Shown: piece after piece, positions 19,001 through 30,151 of the stretch | Position numbering within the stretch: position 1 is the stretch's first letter | How the letters are laid out: each line of letters starts with the position of its first letter | From: an uncultured Planctomycetaceae bacterium | GTDB taxonomy: Bacteria; Planctomycetota; Planctomycetia; Planctomycetales; Planctomycetaceae | Direction: 5' to 3' | NCBI GenBank assembly: GCA_963976765.1 | Contig: CAXBME010000004.1 | Coordinates: 186,001 to 250,000, forward strand | DNA: 64,000 nt | The notes under the pieces: generated by a model | The model's input: the letters and a program-made list of their open reading frames with translations, nothing else | What the model was told of the DNA's origin: nothing | Database searches by the model: none | Made by a program: the position numbers and the translations under genes

Positions 19001-19091
19001 ACGTAACGATTAAGATCATCCGGTTGCGGTTGAGCGACTTCGATTTGGGAAAACGCCCACTCCGCCGCTCCGTTTGAAGAATTTGTTTCAG
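19001..19091 (-). mobile_element. Degenerate attC-like site
   Basis: Plus strand TAAC...GTT ends, with imperfect arms TCATCCGGTTGCGG / CCGCCGCTCCGTTTGA; lies directly upstream of the NTF2 gene. Confidence 0.4.
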
Positions 19092-19195
19092 GAAGCCTCG
19101 CTGCCAGGACTCGCATAGGTCATTGAGTTCCCGCCTCAAGCATCCACCGCTGAAAATCTTCGCCGGTACGGTTACAGCTCAGCCGCTCTGGTATT

Positions 19196-20545
19196 CTACG
19201 CGGCGATGGAAGCTTCGATTTGCTCTTCAGTTCCAAGCAGCAGTTCAATCGTTTGTTTTGAAGCGCCGACCTGGCTCAGAACAAACTCTCTGGCGGCGGT
19301 ACCCTGTCTGATCGCCGATTGCCGATTCGCCAGCCATTCGCGAAGCAGAGTTGTCAGCGCAGACTTGTCGTCAACGATTTTCGCCGCCTTGCGAGCGAGC
19401 AGCGACTCGACCACGTCGCGGAAGTTGCGAGTGTTTGGGCCAAAACAAACGGCAGCGCCGTAAGCGCAAGGTTCGATCATATTCTGCCCGCCTCGGCTGC
19501 CCATACTGCCGCCGACGTAGGCGAAGTCAGCAAGTCCCCAACAGGCGGACAGCTCGCCAAGTGTGTCGAGCAGAATGACCGGCTTTGCCTCGGCCAGGAC
19601 TTCGGCGCCAGCGGCCTCTTCTTCAACGTCGATGGCAGATCGCCGAAGTAAAGGAAGCCCGTACGACTCGATCAGCCGGGCTACCTCTGCGAAACGTTCT
19701 TTATGACGCGGCACGAGGATCAGTCGAAGTTCCGGGAATTCATGACACAGTTCCAGCCAGGTCTCCAGTGCGATCTTCTCTTCGGGATCCTGCGTACTGC
19801 CTGCAATAAAAACGGGTTCGTTTTCCGCCAGTCCGAAGGCTCGACGAAGACGCAGCGTGTGTTCGTTTCGGCGATCCGAATTGACTCGGTCAAATTTCGC
19901 TGAGCCGGTGACGTGCAGACATTCGCTGCGGACTCCAAGAGCCAGAAATCGCTCCGCATAGGTTTCATTCTGCACAGCAAGCAGATTGAACGACTGCAAC
20001 ACCGGACGCAGCAGCCAACGCACTTTTGAGTAACCTCGAAAGCTTTTTTCACTCAGCCGACCATTGATCAGGGAGACAGGGATCCCGTTTTCCTGAGCCG
20101 TCTTCAGAAAGTTCGGCCAGAGCTCCAGCTCGACGAGAACGATTTGCGTTGGCTGGATCCGCGACAGTGCTCGGCGGACCGCCCATGAGAAATCCAGCGG
20201 AAAGTACCCGATCGTGACGTCGGGAAATTTGTGACGAGCAACGTCATGCCCGGTTGTGGTTGTCGTTGTCAGAACGATCTCCGCTTTGGGCGATCGCGAC
20301 CGCAGTTCTGGAAGAATTGACTGCAGCAGCAGCACCTCTCCGACACTGACCGCGTGAAACCAGTAACGTTCCCGGCCATCGGAAACGCTGCCGAGATCAG
20401 GCAGGCTGCCGAAAAGTTTCTCGCTCCACCCTGTGCGATACTTGCCGTGAACCAGGCTGCGGTAAACCAGGACCGGCGACACCGCAGTCAGCAGCAGGCA
20501 GTAAACCAGGTTCAACAGAAAGGACAAGACAGTTTGCTCCAGCAC
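19196..20545 (-). CDS. waaA: 3-deoxy-D-manno-octulosonic acid (Kdo) transferase
   Basis: WFHAVSVGE, FPLD, ELELWPN, INGRLS, AGST, LVPRH, DTLGEL, GGQNMIEP. Confidence 0.95.
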   Translation of the reverse strand: MLEQTVLSFLLNLVYCLLLTAVSPVLVYRSLVHGKYRTGWSEKLFGSLPDLGSVSDGRERYWFHAVSVGEVLLLQSILPELRSRSPKAEIVLTTTTTTGHDVARHKFPDVTIGYFPLDFSWAVRRALSRIQPTQIVLVELELWPNFLKTAQENGIPVSLINGRLSEKSFRGYSKVRWLLRPVLQSFNLLAVQNETYAERFLALGVRSECLHVTGSAKFDRVNSDRRNEHTLRLRRAFGLAENEPVFIAGSTQDPEEKIALETWLELCHEFPELRLILVPRHKERFAEVARLIESYGLPLLRRSAIDVEEEAAGAEVLAEAKPVILLDTLGELSACWGLADFAYVGGSMGSRGGQNMIEPCAYGAAVCFGPNTRNFRDVVESLLARKAAKIVDDKSALTTLLREWLANRQSAIRQGTAAREFVLSQVGASKQTIELLLGTEEQIEASIAA

Positions 20546-20601
20546 GATAACCGAGCGTCTGATGGATAGTACGCACCCTACCGTGTTGCTTCAAAACCAG
20601 G

Positions 20602-22152
20602 CTACGGACGAATGACGACTTCGCTGCCCTTGACCAGGAAGTTGTAGACTTCGATGACGTCTTCGTTTCGCATTCTCACGCAGCCGGCGGATTCTGCTTT
20701 GCCGATTGAATTCGGCTCGATCGTTCCGTGGATTCCGTAGCTGTCGCCCAGATCGATCCAGTGAGTTCCCAGCGGATTGGTTGGTTGCCCGCCCTCGATG
20801 ACTCGACCATTCGGGTCGGTATATTGAGGCGACGCGATTCGGTCCAGCACGGCAAACTTGCCAACTGGTGTTGAACCATCGCGGCCTGTTCCGATGGAGT
20901 AACGCTTCACGAAAAATCCATGACAATGAATCGTCAGTTCAAAGTCGCTGAGATCCACAAACGCCGAGAACGGGCCTTTGATCACCTTGAGTTTCTGTCC
21001 GGCACGCACTCTTCGCGGATCGATCCTGTTTAACGCCGCGAGGTATTCCCAGTTGAGTCCGTACTTCGGTGCCACGCGCTGAAGAAAATCACCTGACTGA
21101 ACCTCGTACGGTTCGAGAAAATGCGGCTGCGGTTCAAAGTAAATGACCTGAGCGTTCTTCTCGATCCGCTCAAGAATCGTCGACTTCAACTCAGGATTGT
21201 TCCAGTACAAGGTCGACAGTTCGCGGTGAGCGGCAACAAAGTTGCGATCCGTCAGCCACTCGTCGATCTGTTGCAGTTTTTCCTGTACACCTTGAGCAGA
21301 TGGCGTTGAAAGGGCATCGTCATCAGTCGCTCGAGCGGCTGTTCGAACGGTGGCATCTTTTGTCTGTCCGGACCGGGATGATGAGTCATTTTCGAACGGT
21401 GGTGGCGTTTCGTTGGGCTCTGATTGCTCCGGTTCGAACAGATCCAGCGTTGCCGCCCGTTCGGCAAAAGCGACTTCAGTTGGAAATGCACGCGCCTCGC
21501 CAAACGTTGGAGACTCTTCGGCATCAAACAGATTCGGCGGAGCACTCCCTGAATCACCGGCAGGAATCGATTGAACGGAACGTCCGCCAGCCGCCGCTCC
21601 GAATCCCGACGAAGCGGTACCCGAAATCTGCTGTACGTTGTGTTGTTGAGATCCCGCCTGCCCGAATTCTGTCGACAACATCGACCGGTTGGCGGTTGAA
21701 CCTGCCAGATTCTGCTGACGATTGTTTCTGAAATCTGACGCAGGAAATTCGTCCGGAATGCTGTGCGACGTCAGAACCTCGCCGCTCTGAGACAAGCGGG
21801 AAGCATTGTCCGGCTCGGAGTAGCCATTATCGAGAAATCGATTTCGGTCCACGAACTCACCGGTGTCGGCAAACTGGGACTTATGTCTAGCCGTGGCAAC
21901 GTCCGGTTCACTTTGCGAATGCACAAACGGCGAAGCAGCGTCACCCGCGTCGATGTTGTCAGGGTTGGTGAAGCTCGACCAGTCCAGCGCGTCCAGTTCT
22001 TCAAGCGTTTGTCGAGTCGCCAGGTCGCCGGTTTCTGCCTCTCCGATTTCGATCGGCAGCCAGTGGGCCAACCAGGCCGCGCCGAACAGGCCAGCTCCCA
22101 GCAGCACGAGCGAAGTTGAAAACAGCGCGATGCGTCGTGATGAGTTCCACAT
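20602..22152 (-). CDS. Membrane-anchored LysM plus L,D-transpeptidase (YkuD) protein
   Basis: N-terminal TM, long low-complexity linker, LysM YEVQSGD..LNRI, catalytic YGIHGT...SAGCVRM. Confidence 0.9.
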   Translation of the reverse strand: MWNSSRRIALFSTSLVLLGAGLFGAAWLAHWLPIEIGEAETGDLATRQTLEELDALDWSSFTNPDNIDAGDAASPFVHSQSEPDVATARHKSQFADTGEFVDRNRFLDNGYSEPDNASRLSQSGEVLTSHSIPDEFPASDFRNNRQQNLAGSTANRSMLSTEFGQAGSQQHNVQQISGTASSGFGAAAGGRSVQSIPAGDSGSAPPNLFDAEESPTFGEARAFPTEVAFAERAATLDLFEPEQSEPNETPPPFENDSSSRSGQTKDATVRTAARATDDDALSTPSAQGVQEKLQQIDEWLTDRNFVAAHRELSTLYWNNPELKSTILERIEKNAQVIYFEPQPHFLEPYEVQSGDFLQRVAPKYGLNWEYLAALNRIDPRRVRAGQKLKVIKGPFSAFVDLSDFELTIHCHGFFVKRYSIGTGRDGSTPVGKFAVLDRIASPQYTDPNGRVIEGGQPTNPLGTHWIDLGDSYGIHGTIEPNSIGKAESAGCVRMRNEDVIEVYNFLVKGSEVVIRP

Positions 22153-23251
22153 AATTCGTCCCTGAACTTGCACTTCAAGCCGGCTCCGCCAGCGGGGGCG
22201 GAATGCTAACTCAGAGCAGAATCTGGCTCTATGCGAATTCCCTTTCGCAGAAGGACCGACTCGCCGACATCCGCCAAAAGTCTCAGCCAATCGATAAATA
22301 CACCGCCAGATTCGGTCAATCGTCCGGCTGGAACCTTCCACGAAAGCCGCAAAGTCAACATGTGCGGTACAACGTTGTTGGCAAACTCAATCCGCAGGAT
22401 GTCCGACCGGGACGACTACGACAGAATCGCGCTTGCTCCGTCGGCGGAGAAATTCCAGATAAAGCCAATCTCAGTCGGTCCGATCAGCAAAAAACACGCG
22501 CAGCATGGCGACACGCGGCCTTTTGTATAGGTGCCGTGTTGAGAAATCCGTGGATCTCGCCGATTGTCGATTGAATTCTCGTTGCCATCGGCGAATCGCG
22601 TTATAAACGTTATAAATCGACCAATTAAGTTCACAAAAACCAATGTAAGCTCGATTTAAAATTCGGATTTTTCCAGCAGCAGATGCCTGCGGAACCTGCC
22701 TGTGCTCCAACCTTCCGTAACCCAGATTTCGATTGTTTACGGTGACAAACATCACACCCAGCACTGTGGGATGCAGCAACTCCTAAAGCAGGAAATTACA
22801 AGTTTGAGTACGTCCCGATAAATCGTCCGAGACCTCAGCCATACACCGTTTCGAAGCCCGCTATTTGTCACATATTGATTCGGTGCAATTACAAATTCGT
22901 CAGGGACGATTTGCTCTGGTTGACCGGACTCACCTGTCCCGTTCTCGTCTTAAGGCGATATCTGCAGGCTTAAGGGAGTTTCCACGTCTCAAAATGTCTC
23001 GATTAAATTCGAGGTAAGACATTCGTCGAGCAGGCGTTAGAGTTGTCGATCGCTGAATACGCTGCCAGATTGTGCGAGGCTCTGACCAGTGTTGGTTGCA
23101 AGCGCGCTGTCGTCCGCCTCCGGACAGGCAAAGCCAGCGGGAATCACCGCCCGCTTTGGAATTTACTCGCTGTTCACATTCTGCGAATCATCCACAGCCG
23201 CGAAGTTTCAGCCTGGACGCAAGGCTGAAATTACCAGGGAGTTCAGAATCC

Positions 23252-24664
23252 ATGAATCGTCGTGACTGGCTGAATTCGACCGGCGCTTCGGCGTTTGCTC
23301 TGCTCGGCGAACTACTTCGCATACGTCGTGCCAATGCGGCGGATCCGGCGCGATCAGTTTCGGATTCACTGCCGGGATTCGGTCGAGCCAGATCGGTAAT
23401 TGTGGTCTTTGCCAATGGTGGGCAAAGTCAGCTTGAATCATGGGATCCGAAACCCGATGCTCCGGTCGAGGTGCGCGGAGCTTTCGGAGCGATTCCGACG
23501 TCCGTACCCGGAACAATTATCTCGGACAGGATGCCACGGCTCGCGAAACTGGCCGACCGATACAGCATCGTCCGAACAATGTCTCACGAGGATCTCGACC
23601 ACGGTTCAGCTTTCTACCTGGCGATGACCGGGACGTATCACCAGCGGCTGTCGTCGAATCCGCTGCCCATGCCGACCGATCATCCGTTTTTCGGTTCTGT
23701 TCTCAAGCGTGTGCGACCGACCCAACAGTTCGTCCACACGTCTGTGATGGTCAACGGTCCGGCTCAAGTGCCCTTTGAGATTGGTCCCGGCCAGTTCGGC
23801 GGCCTGCTTGGCAAAGACTTCGACCCGATGGTCGTCGGCGACGTCACGACTGGGCGACCACCGGTTCCGGGGCTGACTCCGATCGCCACACTCGACAGTC
23901 AACGTCGCGGCGGTCGAGCAGAATTACTTTCTCACCTTGAAGCATTCGCAACCGACGCTGGTACCGAGTTTTCGTCACCCATGTTCGACATGCAGGCACT
24001 GTACCGGCAGGCGTTCGACATGCTCGATCGCCCGGAAGCTCGCGAGGCTTTCAACCTTGATGCCGAACCCGCCGCGCTGCGAGACCGCTACGGTCGACAT
24101 CGGTCGGGCCAGGCCTGCCTGCTGGCCAGGCGGCTCGTGGAAGCTGGCACGCCACTCGTCACCGTCGTGTGGAATCATTCCAACCGTGGACAGGACAGGT
24201 ACGCGGACGACGAAGAATTCGGCTGGGACACGCACAACGACATCTTTCAGGTCATGGGCAAGCACCTGCTTCCGAAGTTCGACCAGAGCTTTTCGGCGCT
24301 GCTTGAAGATCTCGACACACGAGGTTTGCTTGATGAAACCCTTGTCGTCTGCATGGGCGAGTTCGGTCGCGCGCCGCTGGTCGCTCTGGAGCCTCGCTTC
24401 GATGGAGCAACTCCTGGACGCAAGCACTGGGCAGGGACGTACTCGATCGTTTTCGCTGGAGCTGGAGTGACGCCGGGATGTGTCGTGGGAAAATCAGACC
24501 GCCACGCCGGATACCCTGTCAGCAAAAAGTTCGGCCCCTGGGATGTGACGGCAACAATCGCTCACGCTCTGGGCATCGATTCTGCCGGCCATTTCAAGGA
24601 TCTGACAGACCGGCCTTACGTCATCAGCTCTGGTACACCGATTTTCGAGCTGTATTCGGGATAA
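23252..24664 (+). CDS. DUF1501 family protein (planctomycete type)
   Basis: MNRRDWL Tat-like start; GGQSQLESWDPKP, LLARRLVEAG, WDTH, GEFGR. Confidence 0.92.
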   Translation: MNRRDWLNSTGASAFALLGELLRIRRANAADPARSVSDSLPGFGRARSVIVVFANGGQSQLESWDPKPDAPVEVRGAFGAIPTSVPGTIISDRMPRLAKLADRYSIVRTMSHEDLDHGSAFYLAMTGTYHQRLSSNPLPMPTDHPFFGSVLKRVRPTQQFVHTSVMVNGPAQVPFEIGPGQFGGLLGKDFDPMVVGDVTTGRPPVPGLTPIATLDSQRRGGRAELLSHLEAFATDAGTEFSSPMFDMQALYRQAFDMLDRPEAREAFNLDAEPAALRDRYGRHRSGQACLLARRLVEAGTPLVTVVWNHSNRGQDRYADDEEFGWDTHNDIFQVMGKHLLPKFDQSFSALLEDLDTRGLLDETLVVCMGEFGRAPLVALEPRFDGATPGRKHWAGTYSIVFAGAGVTPGCVVGKSDRHAGYPVSKKFGPWDVTATIAHALGIDSAGHFKDLTDRPYVISSGTPIFELYSG

Positions 24665-24706
24665 GTGAGCCGCACATCGAAACCTGAACCTGTGGAAAGG
24701 ATTCCT

Positions 24707-25813
24707 ATGAAGGATCATAAGCATGCCGGCCGGCACGTTCGTCGCGCTCTTTTTCGCCGACACTCGGCGCCTGGAGCGGCACCTGGAACGGTGGAAACGG
24801 ATCCGACTGCCCAGAAACCAGAGATTCGTATTCTCAGTTACGGTCCAGACGAGCTGAAAGAAGAAAGTATCCCCGGCGTTTCACGAGTCGAGCCACTCCT
24901 GCGCCGGCGACCGATCACCTGGGTCAACATCACCGGGCTGGGTGACAAGCGAACGATTCAGGAACTCGGCCGTGTCTTCAATCTTCATCCACTCGCGCTG
25001 GAAGACGTCGTCAACGTTCACCAGCAGCCCAAAGCTGAGTTCTACGGTGAGGCGCTTTTTCTCGTCACACGAATACCTGTCTCTGGCCCGCATCTCGAAA
25101 CAGAGCAAATCAGTATCTTCGTCGGAGACGACTATGTATTGACCTTTCAGGAAAGGCACGGCGACTGTTTCGAGCCAATTCGTGATCGCCTTCGAGAAAG
25201 TCGTGGTCAAATTCGTTCTGAAGGACCGGACTATCTCGCCTATACGCTGCTCGACTCGGTCGTCGACGCATGGTTCCCGGTTGTCGAGCATTACGGAGAC
25301 ACGCTCGACGAAATCGATCGACAGATCACCGACAATGAAGCCACAAACGCCGTCTCGCAACTGCACACCATCCGGCACGAACTGGTCCGAGCTCGACGAC
25401 TCTTTCTTCGTCAGCGGGAAGCGTTGGGGATTATGAGGCGGACTGACGGGTCGGCAGAACTCGTCAAACCGGAAACCCGAATCTACCTGCGCGACTGCCA
25501 GGACCACACGACTCAGATCATCGACGCCATCGACACGTTCCGCGAAATGTGCTCGGACCTGCGTGAGTTCCACTTCTCCCAGGTCACTGATCGCACCAAC
25601 GAAACAATGCGAGTGCTGACGGTCATTGCCACCATTTTCATCCCGCTGTCATTCTTCACAGGTTTGTGGGGCATGAACTTCGACTCTGAGTCCTCGCCGT
25701 GGAACATGCCCGAATTGCAATGGCAACTCGGTTACCCGTTCGCGCTGGGGGTGATGGCAATGATTGCCGGCGTGATGCTGTTTTACTTCTGGCGAAAGGG
25801 ATGGCTGAGATAG
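24707..25813 (+). CDS. corA: Magnesium/cobalt transporter CorA
   Basis: LHPLALED, TFQE, GMNF signature, MPEL loop, two C-terminal TMs; alternative start 24665. Confidence 0.93.
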   Translation: MKDHKHAGRHVRRALFRRHSAPGAAPGTVETDPTAQKPEIRILSYGPDELKEESIPGVSRVEPLLRRRPITWVNITGLGDKRTIQELGRVFNLHPLALEDVVNVHQQPKAEFYGEALFLVTRIPVSGPHLETEQISIFVGDDYVLTFQERHGDCFEPIRDRLRESRGQIRSEGPDYLAYTLLDSVVDAWFPVVEHYGDTLDEIDRQITDNEATNAVSQLHTIRHELVRARRLFLRQREALGIMRRTDGSAELVKPETRIYLRDCQDHTTQIIDAIDTFREMCSDLREFHFSQVTDRTNETMRVLTVIATIFIPLSFFTGLWGMNFDSESSPWNMPELQWQLGYPFALGVMAMIAGVMLFYFWRKGWLR

Positions 25814-25827
25814 CCGTCTGGCCGGTC

Positions 25828-25882
25828 GTGTGCCACTGGCTCTGTCTGTGCTGCTTTGCCGCAGGGTGCGTCTCGCCGCACC
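25828..25882. repeat. Two adjacent solo REP-like units from different families
   Basis: GTGTGCCACTGGCTCTGTCTGTGC (family of the ileS insert) and GCAGGGTGCGTCTCGCCGCACC (family of 5882), between convergent genes. Confidence 0.7.
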
Positions 25883-25913
25883 ATCAAAATCTGAAATCAT
25901 GAAAATGAACGGC

Positions 25914-27188
25914 TCAACAAAGCGGTTCGTTTCGGTAGGCTCGGTCGAGAATCTGCATGGTGTGCAGAACCGGGATGCGTTTTCCAAAGACAACCTTCGA
26001 CAGGTGAGTTTCGATCTGCGTCATGCAGCCGATGTTTCCCGTGGCGACGACGTCGGGTTCGGTCGAAATGACCGACCGCGCTTTCTGATTGCCGAGTTCA
26101 GCGGCAGTTTCCGGTTGTTCGAGGTTGTAAGTTCCCGCCGAGCCGCAGCACATTTCTCCATTGGGAATTTCAACCAGTTCGAGGTTGCCAATTGAAGCCA
26201 GCAGTTGTCGCGGTTGAGACTTTACTTTCTGAGCGTGGGCGAGATGGCACGCGTCGTGATAAGCAAGACGTGTTTTTAAGGAAAGCTCGGGCGGAGCGAC
26301 GATTCCCAGCTTCGCCAGAAAGACGCTGACGTCGCAGACTCGTTTGACGAATTCTTCAGCCACGGCCTGTTCAGGCTCGCCGCGAAGCCACAACGCGTAC
26401 TCGTGCATGCCCGATCCGCAGCCGGCAGCGTTGGTGAGGATCGCGTCGACGTCCGCCGGAAACGCGTTTAGGTTCTGCTTTGCAAACTGCCTTGCCTGAC
26501 CGATGGCTCCGGTGTGAGCAGCCAGTGCTCCGCAGCAGGACTGCTGCCTGGGAATGACTGTTTCAATTCCATTTTTTGCGAGAACTCGAAGCGTGGCAAA
26601 GTTGATATCCGGAGCGAGCACCTGCTGAGCGCAGCCGGCCAGCAATGCAACCCGACCTTTGCGCTCGCCTTCCGCCGGAAAAACTTCCGGCAGATGCTGT
26701 GCCGGAGGGAGCTCCTCAGGAAGCAGGTCGAGCATGTCTCCAAGTCGTCCGGGCATTGCCTTTCTGAAAATGCGTCCGACTCCGCCCAGCTTTGCCGCCA
26801 TCCGGAAACGGCCTGGGTACGGCAACGTTTCAAGAATGAATCGCCGCAGTGTTTTGTCAATGACCGATCGCTCGCGTTTGCTTTCACTCGTCGCTCGAAA
26901 GGCCGTGATCAGTTCGCCATAGGGCACGCCGGAAGGACAGGCTGTTTCGCAGCCGACACAGCTCAGGCACTTGTCGATGTAGGGCTCGGCTTCGCCAGCT
27001 TCGACGTTTCCTTCCAGGACTTCTTTCATCAGGAAGATGCGACCACGTGGCGAGTCCATTTCCTCGCCATGAACCGCGTAGGTCGGACAGGCTGGTAGAC
27101 AGAATCCGCAATGCACGCACTTCTGGACGGCATCGGCCATCGGCAGCCCCAGAGGGCCGATCTGATCAACGGGAATATCGTGCTGCAT
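25914..27188 (-). CDS. glcF: Glycolate oxidase iron-sulfur subunit
   Basis: [33 protein letters not shown] domains, HDACHL. Confidence 0.92.
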   Translation of the reverse strand: MQHDIPVDQIGPLGLPMADAVQKCVHCGFCLPACPTYAVHGEEMDSPRGRIFLMKEVLEGNVEAGEAEPYIDKCLSCVGCETACPSGVPYGELITAFRATSESKRERSVIDKTLRRFILETLPYPGRFRMAAKLGGVGRIFRKAMPGRLGDMLDLLPEELPPAQHLPEVFPAEGERKGRVALLAGCAQQVLAPDINFATLRVLAKNGIETVIPRQQSCCGALAAHTGAIGQARQFAKQNLNAFPADVDAILTNAAGCGSGMHEYALWLRGEPEQAVAEEFVKRVCDVSVFLAKLGIVAPPELSLKTRLAYHDACHLAHAQKVKSQPRQLLASIGNLELVEIPNGEMCCGSAGTYNLEQPETAAELGNQKARSVISTEPDVVATGNIGCMTQIETHLSKVVFGKRIPVLHTMQILDRAYRNEPLC

Positions 27189-27230
27189 GAAAATGCCGTC
27201 GCAAGGTTTACAGGTTGCGTGAAAAGTGCG

Positions 27231-28325
27231 TTACGCCGTCGGTACGAAGTTGAGCCGCGAATCGGGATCGAAAACTTTCAGCAGTCGGTCGGCAAACGCC
27301 TGGCCTTGCCGAGGGCCTCGTTGAGGATCGCTCCAGCTTCCGGTCAAAGCCAGAGCCGGTCGCCCAAGCTGCTGGCACAACCGATCAACTTCGTCACGAC
27401 CGACAGTTTCAGGAACGGCCAGCCAAAGGACGTTGCCACCGACGCTGTATCGACGAATGTTTTCAAAGCTGACTGTGGTTAGCAGTGACTCTGCCTGAAC
27501 AACCTGAGCGGGCGAGACCGGCAACTTGATGAGCTGATGATTCTCGGGCACCCAGCGAAACTCGCGAACGTCGCTCCAGAGTTGAGCGTCATCGTTGCCG
27601 CTGAGCGTTTCGATTTTCACGTTCGACTCGGCCTGCAGCAGCAGATTGCGAACTCGATCAACTCTCGACGCGACTGCCGCGGAAAGACCGCCGAGTCTCA
27701 GCCAGAGTCGACCGGACGGTTCGAGGTCCAGGCATTGCAACTCTTCCTGAGCCATTGCGAGTTTAATCATCGCGGCGTTGCCGACTTGAATTCCCGAAAA
27801 GTCTGCTCGAATGGTCGTCCACGTTTCAGGGGTCGGGAACACTTTGAAAGTCAGTTCAACCAGCACGCCCAGACGGCCGAGCGATCCTGTGACCAGTTTC
27901 GGAATATCAAACCCGGCAGCATTCTTAACAACCTTGCCACCGCCGAAGACGGCTCGACCTTCTCCGGTGACCATCTTCACGCCGAGAATAAAGTCTCGAA
28001 TCCCGCCGTAACGAAAACGCCCCGGCCCCGAGAGGCCGCTGGCAGTGGTGCCTCCGAGCGTGGCTCCGGCTTCAACGAATGGCGGATCGAAGGGAAAAAG
28101 TTGCCCGTTCTTTGCCAGGGCGTCGCGAATCTCGGAAAGCGGCGTCCCGGCAAGGGCGGTGAAGGTGTACTCACTGGGTTCATATTCAAGAATTCCGCTC
28201 ATGCCCGACGTGCCGAGGGTTGCTCCGTCTGACAAGGCGGGCTTCGTCCCCGCTCCGCACACTCGAATGTGCTGAGACGTTCGGACGATGTCCTGAAGTT
28301 CCTGGATGTTGGTCGGCTGGTGCAT
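27231..28325 (-). CDS. glcE: Glycolate oxidase FAD-binding subunit
   Basis: GAGTK, FDPP, GGKVVKNAAGFD, FDP C-terminus. Confidence 0.88.
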   Translation of the reverse strand: MHQPTNIQELQDIVRTSQHIRVCGAGTKPALSDGATLGTSGMSGILEYEPSEYTFTALAGTPLSEIRDALAKNGQLFPFDPPFVEAGATLGGTTASGLSGPGRFRYGGIRDFILGVKMVTGEGRAVFGGGKVVKNAAGFDIPKLVTGSLGRLGVLVELTFKVFPTPETWTTIRADFSGIQVGNAAMIKLAMAQEELQCLDLEPSGRLWLRLGGLSAAVASRVDRVRNLLLQAESNVKIETLSGNDDAQLWSDVREFRWVPENHQLIKLPVSPAQVVQAESLLTTVSFENIRRYSVGGNVLWLAVPETVGRDEVDRLCQQLGRPALALTGSWSDPQRGPRQGQAFADRLLKVFDPDSRLNFVPTA

Positions 28326-28377
28326 GTTCAAGGTCGCGTAGAAAGTTTTCAGGAGAGATCGGATCGTCGAAGAGAAT

Positions 28378-29856
28378 TCAGTCCCGGAAAATGACACCCT
28401 GTTTTTCCAATGGGTGAGCACCGCGGGTTAACAAGGCAGGAGCCGTCGCGGCAGGCAGCTTCTTCCCTCGATTGGCCAGTTCCTGAGGATCGACCGCTCC
28501 CTGGAGCCGGTGCATGAATTCAATGTCGTCCTCGCCGTACATTTCGCCGAGGTACATTCGCTTTTCGAGTCCGACGCCGTGTTCACCAGTAATGGATCCG
28601 CCCAGTCGGATGCACAATCGAATGATCTCCCCGGAAAGTTCTTCGGCCTTGTGCAACGCTCCTTCTTCGCGACCATCGAACATGACCAGCGGATGCAGAT
28701 TGCCATCGCCCGCGTGAAAAACGTTAGCCACTCGGATTCCGTATTCCTGACTGAGTCGCTCGATTTCACCGAGTGCTTCAGCAAGTTTCGTCCGAGGCAC
28801 AACGCCGTCCTGCACGATAAAGTCTGGACTGAGCCGACCGACCGCCGAGAACGCACTCTTGCGGCCCTTCCAGATTTTCAGACGATGCTCGTCGTCACGT
28901 GCGGCTTCAACAGTGTAAGCGCCCGACTCTTCGATCACTCCGTGCAGCAAGGGCATCTCGGCATCGACTTCGTCGGTGGTGCCTTCCAGTTCGACGATCA
29001 GAATCGCTTTGGCATCTTTGGGATAACCAGCGGCGCTGGCGGCCTCGGCGGCGTCCATCGAAAGTCGATCCATGATCTCCATCGCGCCGGGCAGCAGTCC
29101 TGAGGCGACCACCATCGCGACGGCATTTCCCGCCTTTTCCAGAGAATCATAAGCCGCCTGAAGCGTGTAATACTTTTCCGGTTTGGGCAGCAGACGCAGC
29201 GTGACTTCCAGAGCAACTCCGAACAGACCTTCGCTGCCGATGAACATACCTGTCAAATCCGGACCGACCGATTCCAGACTATCGCTGCCAAGCTCGACAA
29301 CCTGACCATCAGGCAGCACCGCCTTGATGCCGAGCACATGGTTCGATGTCATCCCGTATTTCAGACAGTGAGCACCGCCCGAGTTGAACGCGACGTTTCC
29401 GCCAATCGTGCAGACCGGGCCGCTGGAAGGATCGGGGGCGTAGTACAACTGGTCGCCCGCAACGTGCTGAGAAACTTTCAGATTGATAACGCCCGGTTCG
29501 ACCACAGCCACTCGCTGCTGCGCGTCGTATCGCAGAATCCGGTTCAGCCGGTTCATGGCGATGACCAGGCCGTTCTCGATGGGAACCGCACCACCGCTAA
29601 GACTTGTTCCGCTGCCTCGCGCGATAAACGGAATTTCAAAACGATGACAAAGCTTTACCGTGTCGATGACTTCCTGCTGAGTTTCCGGCAGTACGACTCC
29701 GCAAGGCCTGGCACGGAAACACGTTAGCCCGTCAGATTCGTACGGCGCAAGCTGAGCGTTGTTCGTCAGAATTCGGTCCGCCTGATAGATGCGGCTCAGT
29801 TCGGCGAAGAACGCAGCAACATTGTGTGACGCGGCGTTTGCGGATTCGGAACTCAT
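28378..29856 (-). CDS. glcD: Glycolate oxidase subunit (FAD-linked oxidase)
   Basis: [41 protein letters not shown]. Confidence 0.92.
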   Translation of the reverse strand: MSSESANAASHNVAAFFAELSRIYQADRILTNNAQLAPYESDGLTCFRARPCGVVLPETQQEVIDTVKLCHRFEIPFIARGSGTSLSGGAVPIENGLVIAMNRLNRILRYDAQQRVAVVEPGVINLKVSQHVAGDQLYYAPDPSSGPVCTIGGNVAFNSGGAHCLKYGMTSNHVLGIKAVLPDGQVVELGSDSLESVGPDLTGMFIGSEGLFGVALEVTLRLLPKPEKYYTLQAAYDSLEKAGNAVAMVVASGLLPGAMEIMDRLSMDAAEAASAAGYPKDAKAILIVELEGTTDEVDAEMPLLHGVIEESGAYTVEAARDDEHRLKIWKGRKSAFSAVGRLSPDFIVQDGVVPRTKLAEALGEIERLSQEYGIRVANVFHAGDGNLHPLVMFDGREEGALHKAEELSGEIIRLCIRLGGSITGEHGVGLEKRMYLGEMYGEDDIEFMHRLQGAVDPQELANRGKKLPAATAPALLTRGAHPLEKQGVIFRD

Positions 29857-30151
29857 CGGTGCGAAGATTCCTCGACGAAACAAAACGGTCCATCAGAATG
29901 CGAATGCCCCTGGGACGCGAATGATAGTCGAGCGTTGTCACGGTGTCCCCTTCGCAGGTCGCTTGGATTCGCCTCGTTCGATCGCAATGATCCCGATCAG
30001 TTTGCACCTGGAAAGAATGCACTCAGAAAAAATTCGGTTTCCGCAGGCTAAGCTCCGCCTGACGGGACCGGGAATTGATAAACGGGAATGCTGGCGTCGA
30101 AACTTCGTCTGGCAGAGTCTGATCTACTCGAAACTGAAGAAAGATTTTCAC

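Noticed and set aside
22330..22800. c-di-GMP-I riboswitch-like words (GAAA..CGCAAAG, GGCAAAC)
   Set aside because: Wrong order and spacing; the P2/P3 stems cannot be built
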